In this document: piece by piece, positions 1 through 10,232 of the stretch
Position numbering within the stretch: position 1 is the stretch's first letter
How the letters are laid out: each line of letters begins with the position of its first letter
Source of the DNA: Polyangiales bacterium
GTDB lineage: Bacteria; Myxococcota_A; Polyangia; Polyangiales; Ga0077539
Length of the DNA stretch: 64,000 bases
Reading direction: 5' to 3'
Assembly (NCBI GenBank): GCA_046351555.1
Contig: JAXLYI010000006.1
Span: 314,284 to 378,283, forward strand
Notes under the pieces: generated by a model
Seen by the model: the letters and a program-made list of their open reading frames with translations, nothing else
Database searches by the model: none
What the model was told of the DNA's origin: nothing
Position numbers and translations under genes: made by a program

Positions 1-168
1 ACGGGCTCCTTTGCTTTCGAAGAGCCCAACGGTTGCGCTGCGCCGGGGCTTGAGCGCCGCGGCCGGGCGCGGGACACCCGGCGCGGGCGTCGTTTCCCGT
101 TGCCATCGCCGACGGGCGTGACCCCGGCGCGCCCAACGCGCGATTGACACCCCGCGGCCCGTCGCGGT

Positions 169-1884
169 GTGATCGCCCTTCGACGCTGCATGATCTCCCG
201 CGCGCGCCCCGCCCATCGCCCATCGCCGCCGGCGCGCGCGGGGCTCCTCGCCGCCGCGCTCCTCGGGTGCGTCTCGCTCGAGCGCCCGCGCTCGCTCGAC
301 GACCCCGACGCCGCCGTCGCCGACCTGCCCGTGGGGATCGACGCGCCGGCGTTCGACCTGCCGCCCGGGCTCGACCTCCCGCTCCCGCCCGACCTCCCGC
401 TTGCGCCCGACCTCCCGCTTACGCCCGACCTCCCCGTTGCGCGCGACGTGCCCGACGCCGACGTCTTCGACGCCGACGTGCGCGACGCCCTCGACGTCAA
501 CGCGCTCGACTTGCCCGACGCCGACGTCGCCGCCGACGCCCTCGACGCGCGCGACGTCCCCGACGCCGCCGACGCCCTCGACGCCCCCATCGCGCGCGAC
601 GTCCTCGACGCCGGTGTGCGCGACGCCGACGTCACCGACGCGCGCGACGCAGCCGATGCCACGGACGCGGCCGACGCCGCCGACGCCGCCGACGCATCGG
701 ACGCGGCCGACGTCGCCGACGCATCGGACGCGGCCGACGTCCCCACCTGCGAGGCCGGCGCCACCCGTTGCGGCGCCGCATGCGTCGAGCTCAACACCGA
801 CCTCTCCAACTGCGGCGCGTGCGGGCGCACCTGCGGCAGCGCCAACGGCGTCCCGCGCTGCGTGTTCGGCTCGTGCCGCGTCTCGTGTCTCGCCGGCTTC
901 GGCAACTGCGACGGCGACTTCGCCAACGGCTGCGAGACGCGCACCGACGCCGACGACGCCAACTGCGGGAGCTGCGGCCGCACCTGCGCCGCGAGCCGCG
1001 TGTGCGCCGGCGGCGCGTGCGTCGCCCAGCGGAGCTGCACCTCCGCCGCCACGCCCGGCTGCGGCACCGTCTCGATGCCCTCCGCCACCGTCACCGTCGG
1101 CGCGACCCTCGACTGCGCAGCGTCGGCCGACACGGCCTGCGCGGTCGACGCGACCCCGCAGCTCACCGACCTGCGCGTGAGCGCCTTCCAGCTCGACGCC
1201 TACGAGGTCACGGTGGCGCGCTTCCGGCTCTTCTGGGCCGACCGCGCGCGCGACGGCGGCGCCTCGCTGCGCGCGTCGCCCGTGGCGTACCCGGGCGGCT
1301 CCACCGTCCCTTGGATCGGCGTCGGCCGCGAGCCCCCATCAGGCGGGACGTTCAACTGGACGTCGACGGCGGGCGCGCGCGAGGCGCACCCGATCAACGG
1401 CGTCGACTTCTGGACGGCGCTGGAGTTCTGCGTGTGGGACGGCGGGCGCCTGCCGACGGAGGTGGAGTGGGAGTACGCCGCGCGCGGCCGCCCGCCCGTC
1501 TCGCGGCTCTACCCGTGGGGCGACACCGCGCCGTCGACGATGGACTGCAGCGGCCCCACCCACTGGGCGCTGTGCCTCGGCGAAGACGGCGGCGTCACGC
1601 GCCAGGTGGGCCGCTTCCCCGTGACGGGCAACGGCTTCTTCGACCTCGGCGGCAACGTGCAGGAGTGGACCGCGGACGTCCGCAGCGCCGACCGCGCGGG
1701 CTGCTTCCGCCGCACGCTCGACCCGCTCTGCCAGGACGCGCCCACGCTCGCCGGCGAGCGCCTCGTCCGCGGCGGCTCGTACGCCACCACCGAGGAGACG
1801 GTGATGCGCTCCGCCTCGCGCGCGTCGCTCGCGGCCACCGCGCTCAACCCGCGCGCCGGCTTCCGCTGCGCCCGCGGACCGTAG
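169..1884 (+). CDS. Secreted lipoprotein. It has Asp/Ala-rich tandem repeats, then a Cys-rich myxobacterial metal-binding-like repeat (GFGNCDGDFANGCE), then a C-terminal FGE-sulfatase (SUMF1/formylglycine-generating-enzyme-like) domain.
   Basis: The N-terminus has a signal peptide and lipobox-like LLGC. Repeats of PDLPL and DAxDA follow, then CGACGRTCG/CGSCGRTC motifs. The C-terminal region (FQLDAYEVTVARF...DFWTALEFCVWDGGRLPTEVEWEYAARG...YPWGD...GNVQEWT...RGGSYAT) matches the FGE-sulfatase fold from family knowledge. GC3 is high in this frame. Confidence 0.75.
   Translation: MIALRRCMISRARPAHRPSPPARAGLLAAALLGCVSLERPRSLDDPDAAVADLPVGIDAPAFDLPPGLDLPLPPDLPLAPDLPLTPDLPVARDVPDADVFDADVRDALDVNALDLPDADVAADALDARDVPDAADALDAPIARDVLDAGVRDADVTDARDAADATDAADAADAADASDAADVADASDAADVPTCEAGATRCGAACVELNTDLSNCGACGRTCGSANGVPRCVFGSCRVSCLAGFGNCDGDFANGCETRTDADDANCGSCGRTCAASRVCAGGACVAQRSCTSAATPGCGTVSMPSATVTVGATLDCAASADTACAVDATPQLTDLRVSAFQLDAYEVTVARFRLFWADRARDGGASLRASPVAYPGGSTVPWIGVGREPPSGGTFNWTSTAGAREAHPINGVDFWTALEFCVWDGGRLPTEVEWEYAARGRPPVSRLYPWGDTAPSTMDCSGPTHWALCLGEDGGVTRQVGRFPVTGNGFFDLGGNVQEWTADVRSADRAGCFRRTLDPLCQDAPTLAGERLVRGGSYATTEETVMRSASRASLAATALNPRAGFRCARGP
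370..745 (+). repeat. Imperfect in-frame tandem repeats inside the CDS at 169..1884. They are 15-nt units encoding PDLPL and 6 to 30-nt gacgcc-based units encoding DAADA/DASDAADV.
   Basis: Direct reading: cccgacctcccgct occurs three times in 385..445, and gacgcatcggacgcggccgacgtc is duplicated near 690..745. Confidence 0.7.
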
Positions 1885-1888
1885 CGCG

Positions 1889-3256
1889 CTACGCCGCGAA
1901 CCACACCGTCACGCGCGCGCCGCCGCCGGGGAGGTTCTCCGCCTTCGCGCCGCCGCCGTGGGCCTTCGCGATGCGGGCCACCAGCGCGAGCCCCATCCCG
2001 ACGCCCCCGCGCTGCCGCGCCTCGCGCCCTTGATAGAACGGCTCGAACGCCCGCGCCTCGTCCCCCGCCGCGAAGCCCGCCCCGTCGTCCTCCACCGCGA
2101 ACCGAACCGCCCCCTCCGCGCGAGACACCCGCAGCGCCGTCGCGCGCCCGCCGTGCCGCGCCGCGTTACCGAGGAGGTTGCCGAGGGCGGCCTGCACCAG
2201 CGTCGCGTCGCCGCGGAAGCCCCCCGGCGCGCCCTCCACCGCGAGCAGCGACGCGTCGAGCCCGGCGCGCTCCAGCGCCCGAACTGCCACGTCCGACGCG
2301 TCGAGCGCCACCTCCTCGCGCGCGCCGAAATCCATCCGCGACGCCGCGAGCAGATCACCCACGAGCGCGTCGATCCCGCCCACCTCGCGGTCGACCTCGT
2401 CGAGCGCCCTCTCGCGCGCCGCGTCGCCGTCGCGCAGCGTCTCCAGCAGGAAGCGCAGGCGCGCCAGCGGCGAGCGGATCTCGTGCGACACCGCCGCGAG
2501 CAAATCGCGCTGCTCGTCGATCTGCCGCTCGATGCGGGCGGCCATCTCGTTGACGGCGTGGGCGATGGCGCCGAGCTCGCCCGCGTCGTGGCGCCCGAGC
2601 TGCATCCGGCTCTCGAGCTTGCCCTGGCCGATCGCCTCCACCACCCGGACGAGCTCCGTCAGCGGGCGCGTGAGGCGCCGCGCCACGAGCCCCGCCATCG
2701 TCCAGAGCACCGCCACCGCGACGCCGAGGCCGACCAGGGTGTTGCGCCCGCCGCGCGGGCTGCGGTGGCGCTCGGTGCAGACGCGGACGTCCCCGCGTAC
2801 GCCCGCTTCGAAGGTGAGCGCCGGGCGCAGACACGCGGGGGTGTTGCTGCGGCCCGCGGGCGAGAAGCTCGCGAGGTCGACGCCGCGCGCATCGGTGAGC
2901 GTGAGGTCGACGTCGAGGTCGCGCGCGAGGGCGAGGGAGAGCTCGTCGCGCCGCGGGGCGTCGTCCCACACCGCCGCGAAGCGCCCGCCCGCGAACGTCG
3001 CCAGGCGCACCTGCTCCTCGCGCCACGTCGGCGCGTCGCTCAGCGCGGTGAGGAGGCCCGTCACCACCAGGCCCGTCACCACGATGGCCCCGGCGAACGC
3101 GACGAAGAGCCGCCGGCGCATCGCCGCGCGGAGGTACCAGCCCAACACGCTCCCGCGCCGCGGCGGCGCGCAGTGCGGGCCGTGCCCGTGGAAGGGGTGG
3201 TCGTGCGGATGGAGCGGGTGCGGGCCGTGCGGGCCGCGCGGGCGCCACGGGGGCAT
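1889..3256 (-). CDS. Sensor histidine kinase with TM-periplasmic-TM, HAMP, HisKA and HATPase_c domains. The start overlaps the upstream regulator stop in a TGATG arrangement. If the ATG at 3254..3256 is used, it has a His-rich N-terminal cytoplasmic tail.
   Basis: The HisKA H-box SHEIRSPLARL is present, with N/G boxes GNLLGNAARHG, DDGAGF and GVGMGLALV. The HAMP-like segment is LTRPLTELVRVVEAIGQGKL. The N-terminus reads MPPWRPRGPHGPHPLHPHDHPFHGHGPH. The true start could instead be an internal Met about 45 codons downstream. Confidence 0.85.
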   Translation of the reverse strand: MPPWRPRGPHGPHPLHPHDHPFHGHGPHCAPPRRGSVLGWYLRAAMRRRLFVAFAGAIVVTGLVVTGLLTALSDAPTWREEQVRLATFAGGRFAAVWDDAPRRDELSLALARDLDVDLTLTDARGVDLASFSPAGRSNTPACLRPALTFEAGVRGDVRVCTERHRSPRGGRNTLVGLGVAVAVLWTMAGLVARRLTRPLTELVRVVEAIGQGKLESRMQLGRHDAGELGAIAHAVNEMAARIERQIDEQRDLLAAVSHEIRSPLARLRFLLETLRDGDAARERALDEVDREVGGIDALVGDLLAASRMDFGAREEVALDASDVAVRALERAGLDASLLAVEGAPGGFRGDATLVQAALGNLLGNAARHGGRATALRVSRAEGAVRFAVEDDGAGFAAGDEARAFEPFYQGREARQRGGVGMGLALVARIAKAHGGGAKAENLPGGGARVTVWFAA

Positions 3257-3960
3257 CAGCCCTCCTCCTCGCGGACGAGCACGTAGCCGACGCCGCGCAC
3301 GGTCTTGAGGAGGCGCGGCGCGCGCGGGTCGTCGCCGAGCTTCTGGCGCAGGTGGGAGATGTGCACGTCGACCGCGCGCTCGCCCACCATCGCGTCGCCG
3401 CGGCCGGTCTCGTCGAGCAGCGCCTCGCGCGACACCACGCGCCCCGCCCGCCGCGCCAGCGCCACCAACAGGTCGAACTCCACCCCCGTGAGCTCGACGC
3501 GCTGCCCGCCGACGCGCGCCTCGCGGCCGGCGAGGTCGATCGCCACCGGGCCCGCGCGCAGCTCGGTGGCCACCGCGCCGGGCTGCGCGCGCCGCAGCAC
3601 CGCGCGCAATCGGGCGAGGAGCTCGCGCGGGGAGACGGGCTTGGGGAGGTAGTCGTCGGCGCCGAGCTCGAGGCCCACCACCCGGTCGGTCTCGTCGCCG
3701 CGGGCGGTGAGCATGAGCACGGGGACGTTGCTGCGCGCGCGGATCCGGCGGCACACCTCGAGCCCGTCGAGGCCCGGCATCATCACGTCGAGGAGGACGG
3801 CGTCGTACCCGCCGCCCTCCAGCATCGCGAGGCCGCGGCCGCCGTCGGGGGCGTGCGCCGCCGTGACGTCGTGCTGCGCGAGGTAGGCGGCGACGAGCTC
3901 GGCGAAGCGGGCGTCGTCGTCGATGTGCAGCACCCGGACCGGCACGGCGGCGGGGAGCAT
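3257..3960 (-). CDS. OmpR-family response regulator (receiver domain plus winged-helix DNA-binding domain).
   Basis: The receiver reads VLHIDDDARFAELVAAYL...LLDVMMPGLDGLEVCRRIR...PVLMLTARGDETDRVVGLELGADDYLPKP. The winged-helix tail is VDVHISHLRQKL...LKTVRGVGYVL. The start is placed at Met-34 of the listed ORF (MLPAAVPVRVLHIDDD). Confidence 0.85.
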
Positions 3961-3968
3961 ACCAGAGG

Positions 3969-4139
3969 TCAGCGCGGGGGCTGGGCGTGTCGCGCGGCGT
4001 CGACGCAGACGCGGGCGACGTGCTGTTCGAATGCCTCCCGGCGGGCGTGGCGGTGGCACGACCAGGAGCAGAAGGCGCTCCCGTAGCCGGCGACGGTGCC
4101 GAGGGCGAGCAGGGCGATGGCGAAGCGGCGGCGGATCAT
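3969..4139 (-). CDS. Small (56 aa) signal-peptide/TM-like protein with a CxxxC-HxH...C motif. It is not in the ORF track because it is under 60 aa.
   Basis: Translated by hand as MIRRRFAIALLALGTVAGYGSAFCSWSCHRHARREAFEQHVARVCVDAARHAQPPR. GC3 is about 95% (52 of 55 codons end in G or C). It sits 9 nt upstream of the regulator start and 32 nt downstream of the CpxP-like gene, on the same strand. Confidence 0.45.
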   Translation of the reverse strand: MIRRRFAIALLALGTVAGYGSAFCSWSCHRHARREAFEQHVARVCVDAARHAQPPR

Positions 4140-4170
4140 GGCGTGGGGTCTCCTCGTGTGGTCGTTGCGT

Positions 4171-4746
4171 TCAGGCGCGGTAGGGCCCGGCGCCCCAGCG
4201 GCCCCAGGGGCCGACGCCGCGCTCCATCATGTCGGCGAGCTCGCGGCGCTGCCGCTCGTCGAGCGCCTCGTGCACCTTGGCCAGCGCCTCGAAGAGCGCC
4301 TTCTGCGCCGACTCGAGGGCGGCGTCCTGCTTCGCGAAGGCGTCGGCCATCGCCGCCTCGTCGAAGCGCTCGCCGCGGAAGGCCTTCGCCGCGTGCCCGC
4401 CGGTCGCGTGGACGGCCTCGCGCGCCGACCGCGCCTGCTCGCGCATCCCCTCCACCGCCTGGACGATCACCCGCTCCTGCCCGGGCGTGGTCTCGAGGCG
4501 CTCGAAGAGGCTGCGCAGCATCCAGCGCTGCACGTCGCCGCCGCCGCCCCAGCGCCCGCCCTGGCCCTCGTGGCCGCCGTGCCCGCCCCAGGGGCCCTGG
4601 TGGCCGCCCCAGCCGCGGCGCATGCCGCACCCGCCGCCGCACCCGCCGCCGTACCCGCCGCCGTACCCGTAGCCGTGGCAGCGGCCGCGGCGCAGCACCT
4701 TCACGAGTCCGATGAGGCAGGCGGTACCGATGAGAAATCCGATCAT
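4171..4746 (-). CDS. Periplasmic CpxP/Spy/ZraP-like protein with an N-terminal TM/signal anchor, a Gly/His/Cys-rich low-complexity segment, and a helical C-terminal region with LxxxQ-like motifs.
   Basis: MIGFLIGTACLIGLVKVL is followed by HGYGYGGGYGGGCGGGCGMRRGWGGHQGPWGGHGGHEGQGGRWGGGG. A helical region then carries LETTPGQ and LESAQ. The family assignment is tentative and made by resemblance only. Confidence 0.5.
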   Translation of the reverse strand: MIGFLIGTACLIGLVKVLRRGRCHGYGYGGGYGGGCGGGCGMRRGWGGHQGPWGGHGGHEGQGGRWGGGGDVQRWMLRSLFERLETTPGQERVIVQAVEGMREQARSAREAVHATGGHAAKAFRGERFDEAAMADAFAKQDAALESAQKALFEALAKVHEALDERQRRELADMMERGVGPWGRWGAGPYRA

Positions 4747-4912
4747 GGTGGCTTCTTCCGTTTCCGACGCCGCGCGGGGAGTGATGCCCGGCGGCCTCGT
4801 TGGGGAAGTTCGCGCCCGTCTGTGAAGGCCGTTCGGGGCGGCGCGTGAAGAAGTGTGAAGGCCCACGCGTCCGTGGCGCGCACGGCCCTCAAGGTCCCGG
4901 TGGGGGCGGTCG

Positions 4913-6787
4913 TTGGAGGGAGGCAGGAGCGATGGCCCATTGATCCCCCAAGAGGAAGAGACTCGCATCGGCGCGCTGATCTCCGGGAAGTACCGGCTGG
5001 AGCAGCGGCTCGGCGCGGGCGCCGTGGGCGAGGTGTTCCGCGCGCGCAACGTGCTGATCGGGCGCGACGTGGCGATCAAGTTCCTGCGCCGCGAGCACGT
5101 GAACAACGAGGAGCTGGTGGAGCGCTTCGTCCGCGAGGCGCAGGCCGTGAGCCGCGTGCGCCACCCGCACGTGGTCGACGTGATCGACGTCGGCGTCGAG
5201 GACGACGCGCCCTACATCGTGCAGGAGCTGCTGCTCGGCGAGGACCTCTGCGGCCACGTCAACCGCAAGGGCGGCCGCGTCCCCGCGCGCGCCGCGCTCG
5301 AGCTCCTCCTCCCGGCGATCGACGGCGTCGCCCACGCCCACGACCGCGGCGTCGTCCACCGCGACCTCAAGCCCGAGAACATCTTCCTCGCCCGCACCGA
5401 CGACGGCGTCGTGCCCAAGGTGCTCGACTTCGGCATCTCCAAGGTGAAGACGGGCAACCTCCGCACGACCGTCACCGGCTCGGTCTTCGGCACGCCAGGC
5501 TACATGCCGCCCGAGCAGGTGCGCTCCTTCGCCGACGCCGACGCGCGCGCCGACGTGTGGGCGCTCGGGGTGATCCTCTACGAGCTCGTCGCCGGCCGCA
5601 TCCCCTTCGACGCGCAGGAGCCCAACGCGCTGATGCTGGAGGTGTGCACGCGCACGCCGACGCCGCTCGCCGAGGCCGCGCCCGAAGCGCCCGCCGACTT
5701 CGCCGCCATCGTCGACCGCTGCCTCGCGAAGGACCCGGCCGACCGCTTCGCCGACGCCGGCGCGCTCGCCGACGCGCTGCGCAAGCTCGCCGACGCGCCC
5801 GAGCGCGTCACGCGGCTCCAGTTCGTGAAGGCCTCGCTCCCGCCGCCGGTGTTCTTCGTCGAGGACGACTCGCGCATCTCGCTCGACAACGAGCCCCTCG
5901 TGATGCTCCAGGCGCTCCCGACGCGCGCGAGCATCGTCCACCCCGCCCGGCAGAGCGTCGTCCACCCGCCGCGCGCGAGCATCGTCCAGCCAGCCCGCCC
6001 CTCCATCGTCGGCGAGCGCCCCTGGGCCCTCGACCTCCCAGCCGCCGCGCGCGGCCTCGACGCCGACAGCACCCTCGCGGGCGCCACGATCCTGTCGCGC
6101 CCGCCCGCGGCCATCGTCCCGCCCAACCGCCTCCCCGCGCTCACCGTCGGCCTCGCCCTCGTCGCCGTCGGCGCCGTCGCCTTCCTCGCCTCGCAGAACA
6201 ACGACGCGCGCGAGGCGCCCGTCACCGTCGTCGCCCCGCGCCCCGCCGCGCGCCCTCCCGCCCCTGCGCCGCAAGCCCCCGCGGCGCCCGAGCTCGCCGC
6301 GCCCGACGCGGCCTCCCCCGCCCCGGCGTCCGCCGCGCCCGACGCGATGGTGCGCCCCGCGGTGAGCGCCCCGGCCCCGCGCCGCCGCCCCGAGGCGAGC
6401 GCGTGGGAGCGCGCGATGGAGCCCGCCGCGCGCCCGCCGTCCCCCGCGCCGCCCGCGACGGTGCCGGAGGGGGCGCCCGCGCCGGCGCGCGTGTCGACCG
6501 CGGCGCTCGAGTCGGCGGTGCGGCGCACGTCGGCGATGAACATGGGCCAGGTCGCGTCGTGCATCGCCCGGGCGCGCGACGAAGACCCCGCGCTCGCGGG
6601 CCGCCTCTCGGTGCGCCTCACGCTCGCACCCGACGGCGCCGTCCGCGAGGCCACCCCCGTCGCGCCGCGCCCGATGCAGCCCTTCGCGCGCTGCCTCGCC
6701 CGCGCCATGAGCACCTGGAACGTCGGCCCCACCGGCGCCGCCTCGGACACCGTGCTCACCTGGCCCTACGAGCTCGCCGCCCGCTAG
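4913..6787 (+). CDS. Ser/Thr protein kinase (Hanks-type) with a Pro/Ala-rich linker, one TM segment, and a C-terminal extracytoplasmic domain.
   Basis: Kinase motifs are present: LGAGAVGEVFRA, VAIKFL, HRDLKPENIFL, DFGISK, GTPGYMPPEQ. A TM segment is LTVGLALVAVGAVAFLA. Confidence 0.85.
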   Translation: MEGGRSDGPLIPQEEETRIGALISGKYRLEQRLGAGAVGEVFRARNVLIGRDVAIKFLRREHVNNEELVERFVREAQAVSRVRHPHVVDVIDVGVEDDAPYIVQELLLGEDLCGHVNRKGGRVPARAALELLLPAIDGVAHAHDRGVVHRDLKPENIFLARTDDGVVPKVLDFGISKVKTGNLRTTVTGSVFGTPGYMPPEQVRSFADADARADVWALGVILYELVAGRIPFDAQEPNALMLEVCTRTPTPLAEAAPEAPADFAAIVDRCLAKDPADRFADAGALADALRKLADAPERVTRLQFVKASLPPPVFFVEDDSRISLDNEPLVMLQALPTRASIVHPARQSVVHPPRASIVQPARPSIVGERPWALDLPAAARGLDADSTLAGATILSRPPAAIVPPNRLPALTVGLALVAVGAVAFLASQNNDAREAPVTVVAPRPAARPPAPAPQAPAAPELAAPDAASPAPASAAPDAMVRPAVSAPAPRRRPEASAWERAMEPAARPPSPAPPATVPEGAPAPARVSTAALESAVRRTSAMNMGQVASCIARARDEDPALAGRLSVRLTLAPDGAVREATPVAPRPMQPFARCLARAMSTWNVGPTGAASDTVLTWPYELAAR

Positions 6788-7623
6788 AACACCCCGCCCA
6801 CCGTCGCCACCGCGCCGCCCGGCACCGGCGCCACCGCGAGGTCGACCCCGATCCCGCGCGCCCGGCGGTACACCTCCCAGCTCTGCTCCAGCGGGTCGGG
6901 CGCGAACAGGATGCCCGCCCCCGCCGCCGCGGAGAGCGCGCCGGTCACGATGGCCAGCGTCCCGCTCGCGTGCAGCGTCGTCGAGCTGCTGCTGCTCTCG
7001 CGCGTGAGCGCCAGCGCGACGCCGCCCCCCATCACCACCGCGCCGAGCCCGAGCACCACCGACCCGCCGATGCGGCGGAAGCGGCGGCTGCGCTCGGCCC
7101 GGCGCGCCCACTCGGCCTCCGCCGCCGCGACGCGCTGGGCGGGCGTGAAGCCCGCGCCCGCCGAGGCCTCCAGCGCGTCCCGGACGGGCTGGAGCGGGTC
7201 GTTGAGGAAGAACCCGATCGCCGACCCGAGGATCATCCCGAAGCCCCCGGCGCCGATCATCAGCCCGTAGATCTCGTCGTTGCGCCGGCCGCGGTCGATC
7301 AGGACCGCGCCGGTCACGATCGCCGCGGCGCCCGCCGCGATGCCGGTGATCCCGACGGCGAGCCGCATCGAGCGCTGGTTGCCCTCGAACCACGCGAGCG
7401 TCCCCTGGAGGCGCGCCAGGGCGGTCGAGCCGTCGCCCTCCGTGTCGATCGCAGAAACCGCCGGCGGCGCGCCCGGCGTGCGCAGCGCGGGCGCGGGGGC
7501 GGGCGCGGGCGCGGGGGCGGCCGTCTCCCAGGGGGGTGGCGGCGGGGCGCCGGCGGTCTGCGCGCGGGCGGCGGCGGGGAGGCTGAGGCACGCGAGGGCG
7601 AGGCAGAAACGGGCGGGTCGCAT
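6784..7623 (-). CDS. Hypothetical secreted/membrane protein with a signal peptide, a Pro-rich segment and several TM helices.
   Basis: It begins MRPARFCLALACLSLPAAARAQ. Hydrophobic stretches include AVGITGIAAGAAAIVTGAVLI and IGGSVVLGLGAVVMGGGVALAL. It overlaps the 3-prime end of the kinase gene by 4 nt in convergent orientation. Confidence 0.5.
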   Translation of the reverse strand: MRPARFCLALACLSLPAAARAQTAGAPPPPPWETAAPAPAPAPAPALRTPGAPPAVSAIDTEGDGSTALARLQGTLAWFEGNQRSMRLAVGITGIAAGAAAIVTGAVLIDRGRRNDEIYGLMIGAGGFGMILGSAIGFFLNDPLQPVRDALEASAGAGFTPAQRVAAAEAEWARRAERSRRFRRIGGSVVLGLGAVVMGGGVALALTRESSSSSTTLHASGTLAIVTGALSAAAGAGILFAPDPLEQSWEVYRRARGIGVDLAVAPVPGGAVATVGGVF

Positions 7624-7673
7624 CGCGATGACGCTACGACGACGGGCGCCGGGTGCGATAGCGTCGTGGGGCC

Positions 7674-9296
<1,623 letters not shown>

Positions 9297-9297
9297 C

Positions 9298-10230
9298 GTG
9301 CGTCTCCTCCCCTCCCTCCTCCTCACGCTCACGCTCTCGCTCGGCTGCGGCGGCGACCCGAACGCGCCCGCGATCCCGCCCGCCGACGACGCGGGCGCCA
9401 CCCCCGACGGCGACAAGACCCCGGCGCCCGACGCGCCCTCGCGCGACTGGGGCCCGCCCGTCGACCCCACCCTCTCGGTGCCCACCTTCGACGCCGCCAC
9501 CGTCGCCCGCGTCCGCGCCCTGCGCGCGATGGGGGCGACGCGCGGCATGCGGCCCGACGTGGTCGCCAAGATCGGCGACTCGATCACCGAGAGCGCGAGC
9601 TTCCTCTCCGACATCGGGCACGGCTGGCACGAGCTCGGCGCGCACGCGTACCTCCAGCCGACGGTGACGTACTTCAGCCGCACGCGCTTCGCCGACGGCA
9701 CCAACTCGCTCAACCGCGCGAGCTCCTGCGCGATGGGCGGCTGGGTGGCCGCCTACGCGCTCGCGATGGACCCGATGAGCGCCCTGCGCAACGAGATGGA
9801 CTACACCCGCCCCGCCTACGCGATCGTCATGTACGGCACCAACGACCTCGACCGCATCGCGCCCGAGGAGTTCACCCGCGACATGACCCGCATCCTCGAC
9901 ATCATCGAGTCGTACGGCAGCGTGCCCGTCATGAGCACCATCCCCGACCGCCTCGACCGCGCCGAGGCCGGGGCGCGCGTGCCCTCCTTCAACGAGGCCA
10001 TCCGCGCGATGGCCGCGTCGCGCCACCTCCCGCTGATGGAGTTCTGGCGCTCGCTGCAGGACCTTCCCCGCAAGGGGATCGACCCCGACGGCATCCACCC
10101 CTCGGCCTACGTCTCCAACGGCAACGTCGCGTGCGGCGTGCTCACGCCCGACGGGCTGCGCTTCGGCTACAACATGCGCAACCTCGTCGCGCTCTTCGCC
10201 CTCGACCGCCTGCGCAACCTCGCGCAGTAG
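9298..10230 (+). CDS. SGNH/GDSL-family hydrolase lipoprotein.
   Basis: The lipobox is LSLGCGG. Block I is KIGDSITES, block III is MYGTNDL, and block V is DGIHPS. Confidence 0.75.
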   Translation: MRLLPSLLLTLTLSLGCGGDPNAPAIPPADDAGATPDGDKTPAPDAPSRDWGPPVDPTLSVPTFDAATVARVRALRAMGATRGMRPDVVAKIGDSITESASFLSDIGHGWHELGAHAYLQPTVTYFSRTRFADGTNSLNRASSCAMGGWVAAYALAMDPMSALRNEMDYTRPAYAIVMYGTNDLDRIAPEEFTRDMTRILDIIESYGSVPVMSTIPDRLDRAEAGARVPSFNEAIRAMAASRHLPLMEFWRSLQDLPRKGIDPDGIHPSAYVSNGNVACGVLTPDGLRFGYNMRNLVALFALDRLRNLAQ

Positions 10231-10232
10231 GG

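Noticed and set aside
370-745. Considered whether the DA/PDLPL tandem repeats could be a CRISPR-like or mobile-element repeat array.
   Set aside because: The units are in-frame, imperfect and GC-rich with no spacer structure. They encode a low-complexity protein linker.
144-2033. A 629-aa ORF made almost entirely of Arg/Pro/Ala, plus the 259-aa PT-rich ORF at 401..1180.
   Set aside because: These are alternative frames of the real lipoprotein gene 169..1884. The composition (Arg/Pro or Pro/Thr runs) is the signature of off-frame reading in a sequence of about 72% GC.
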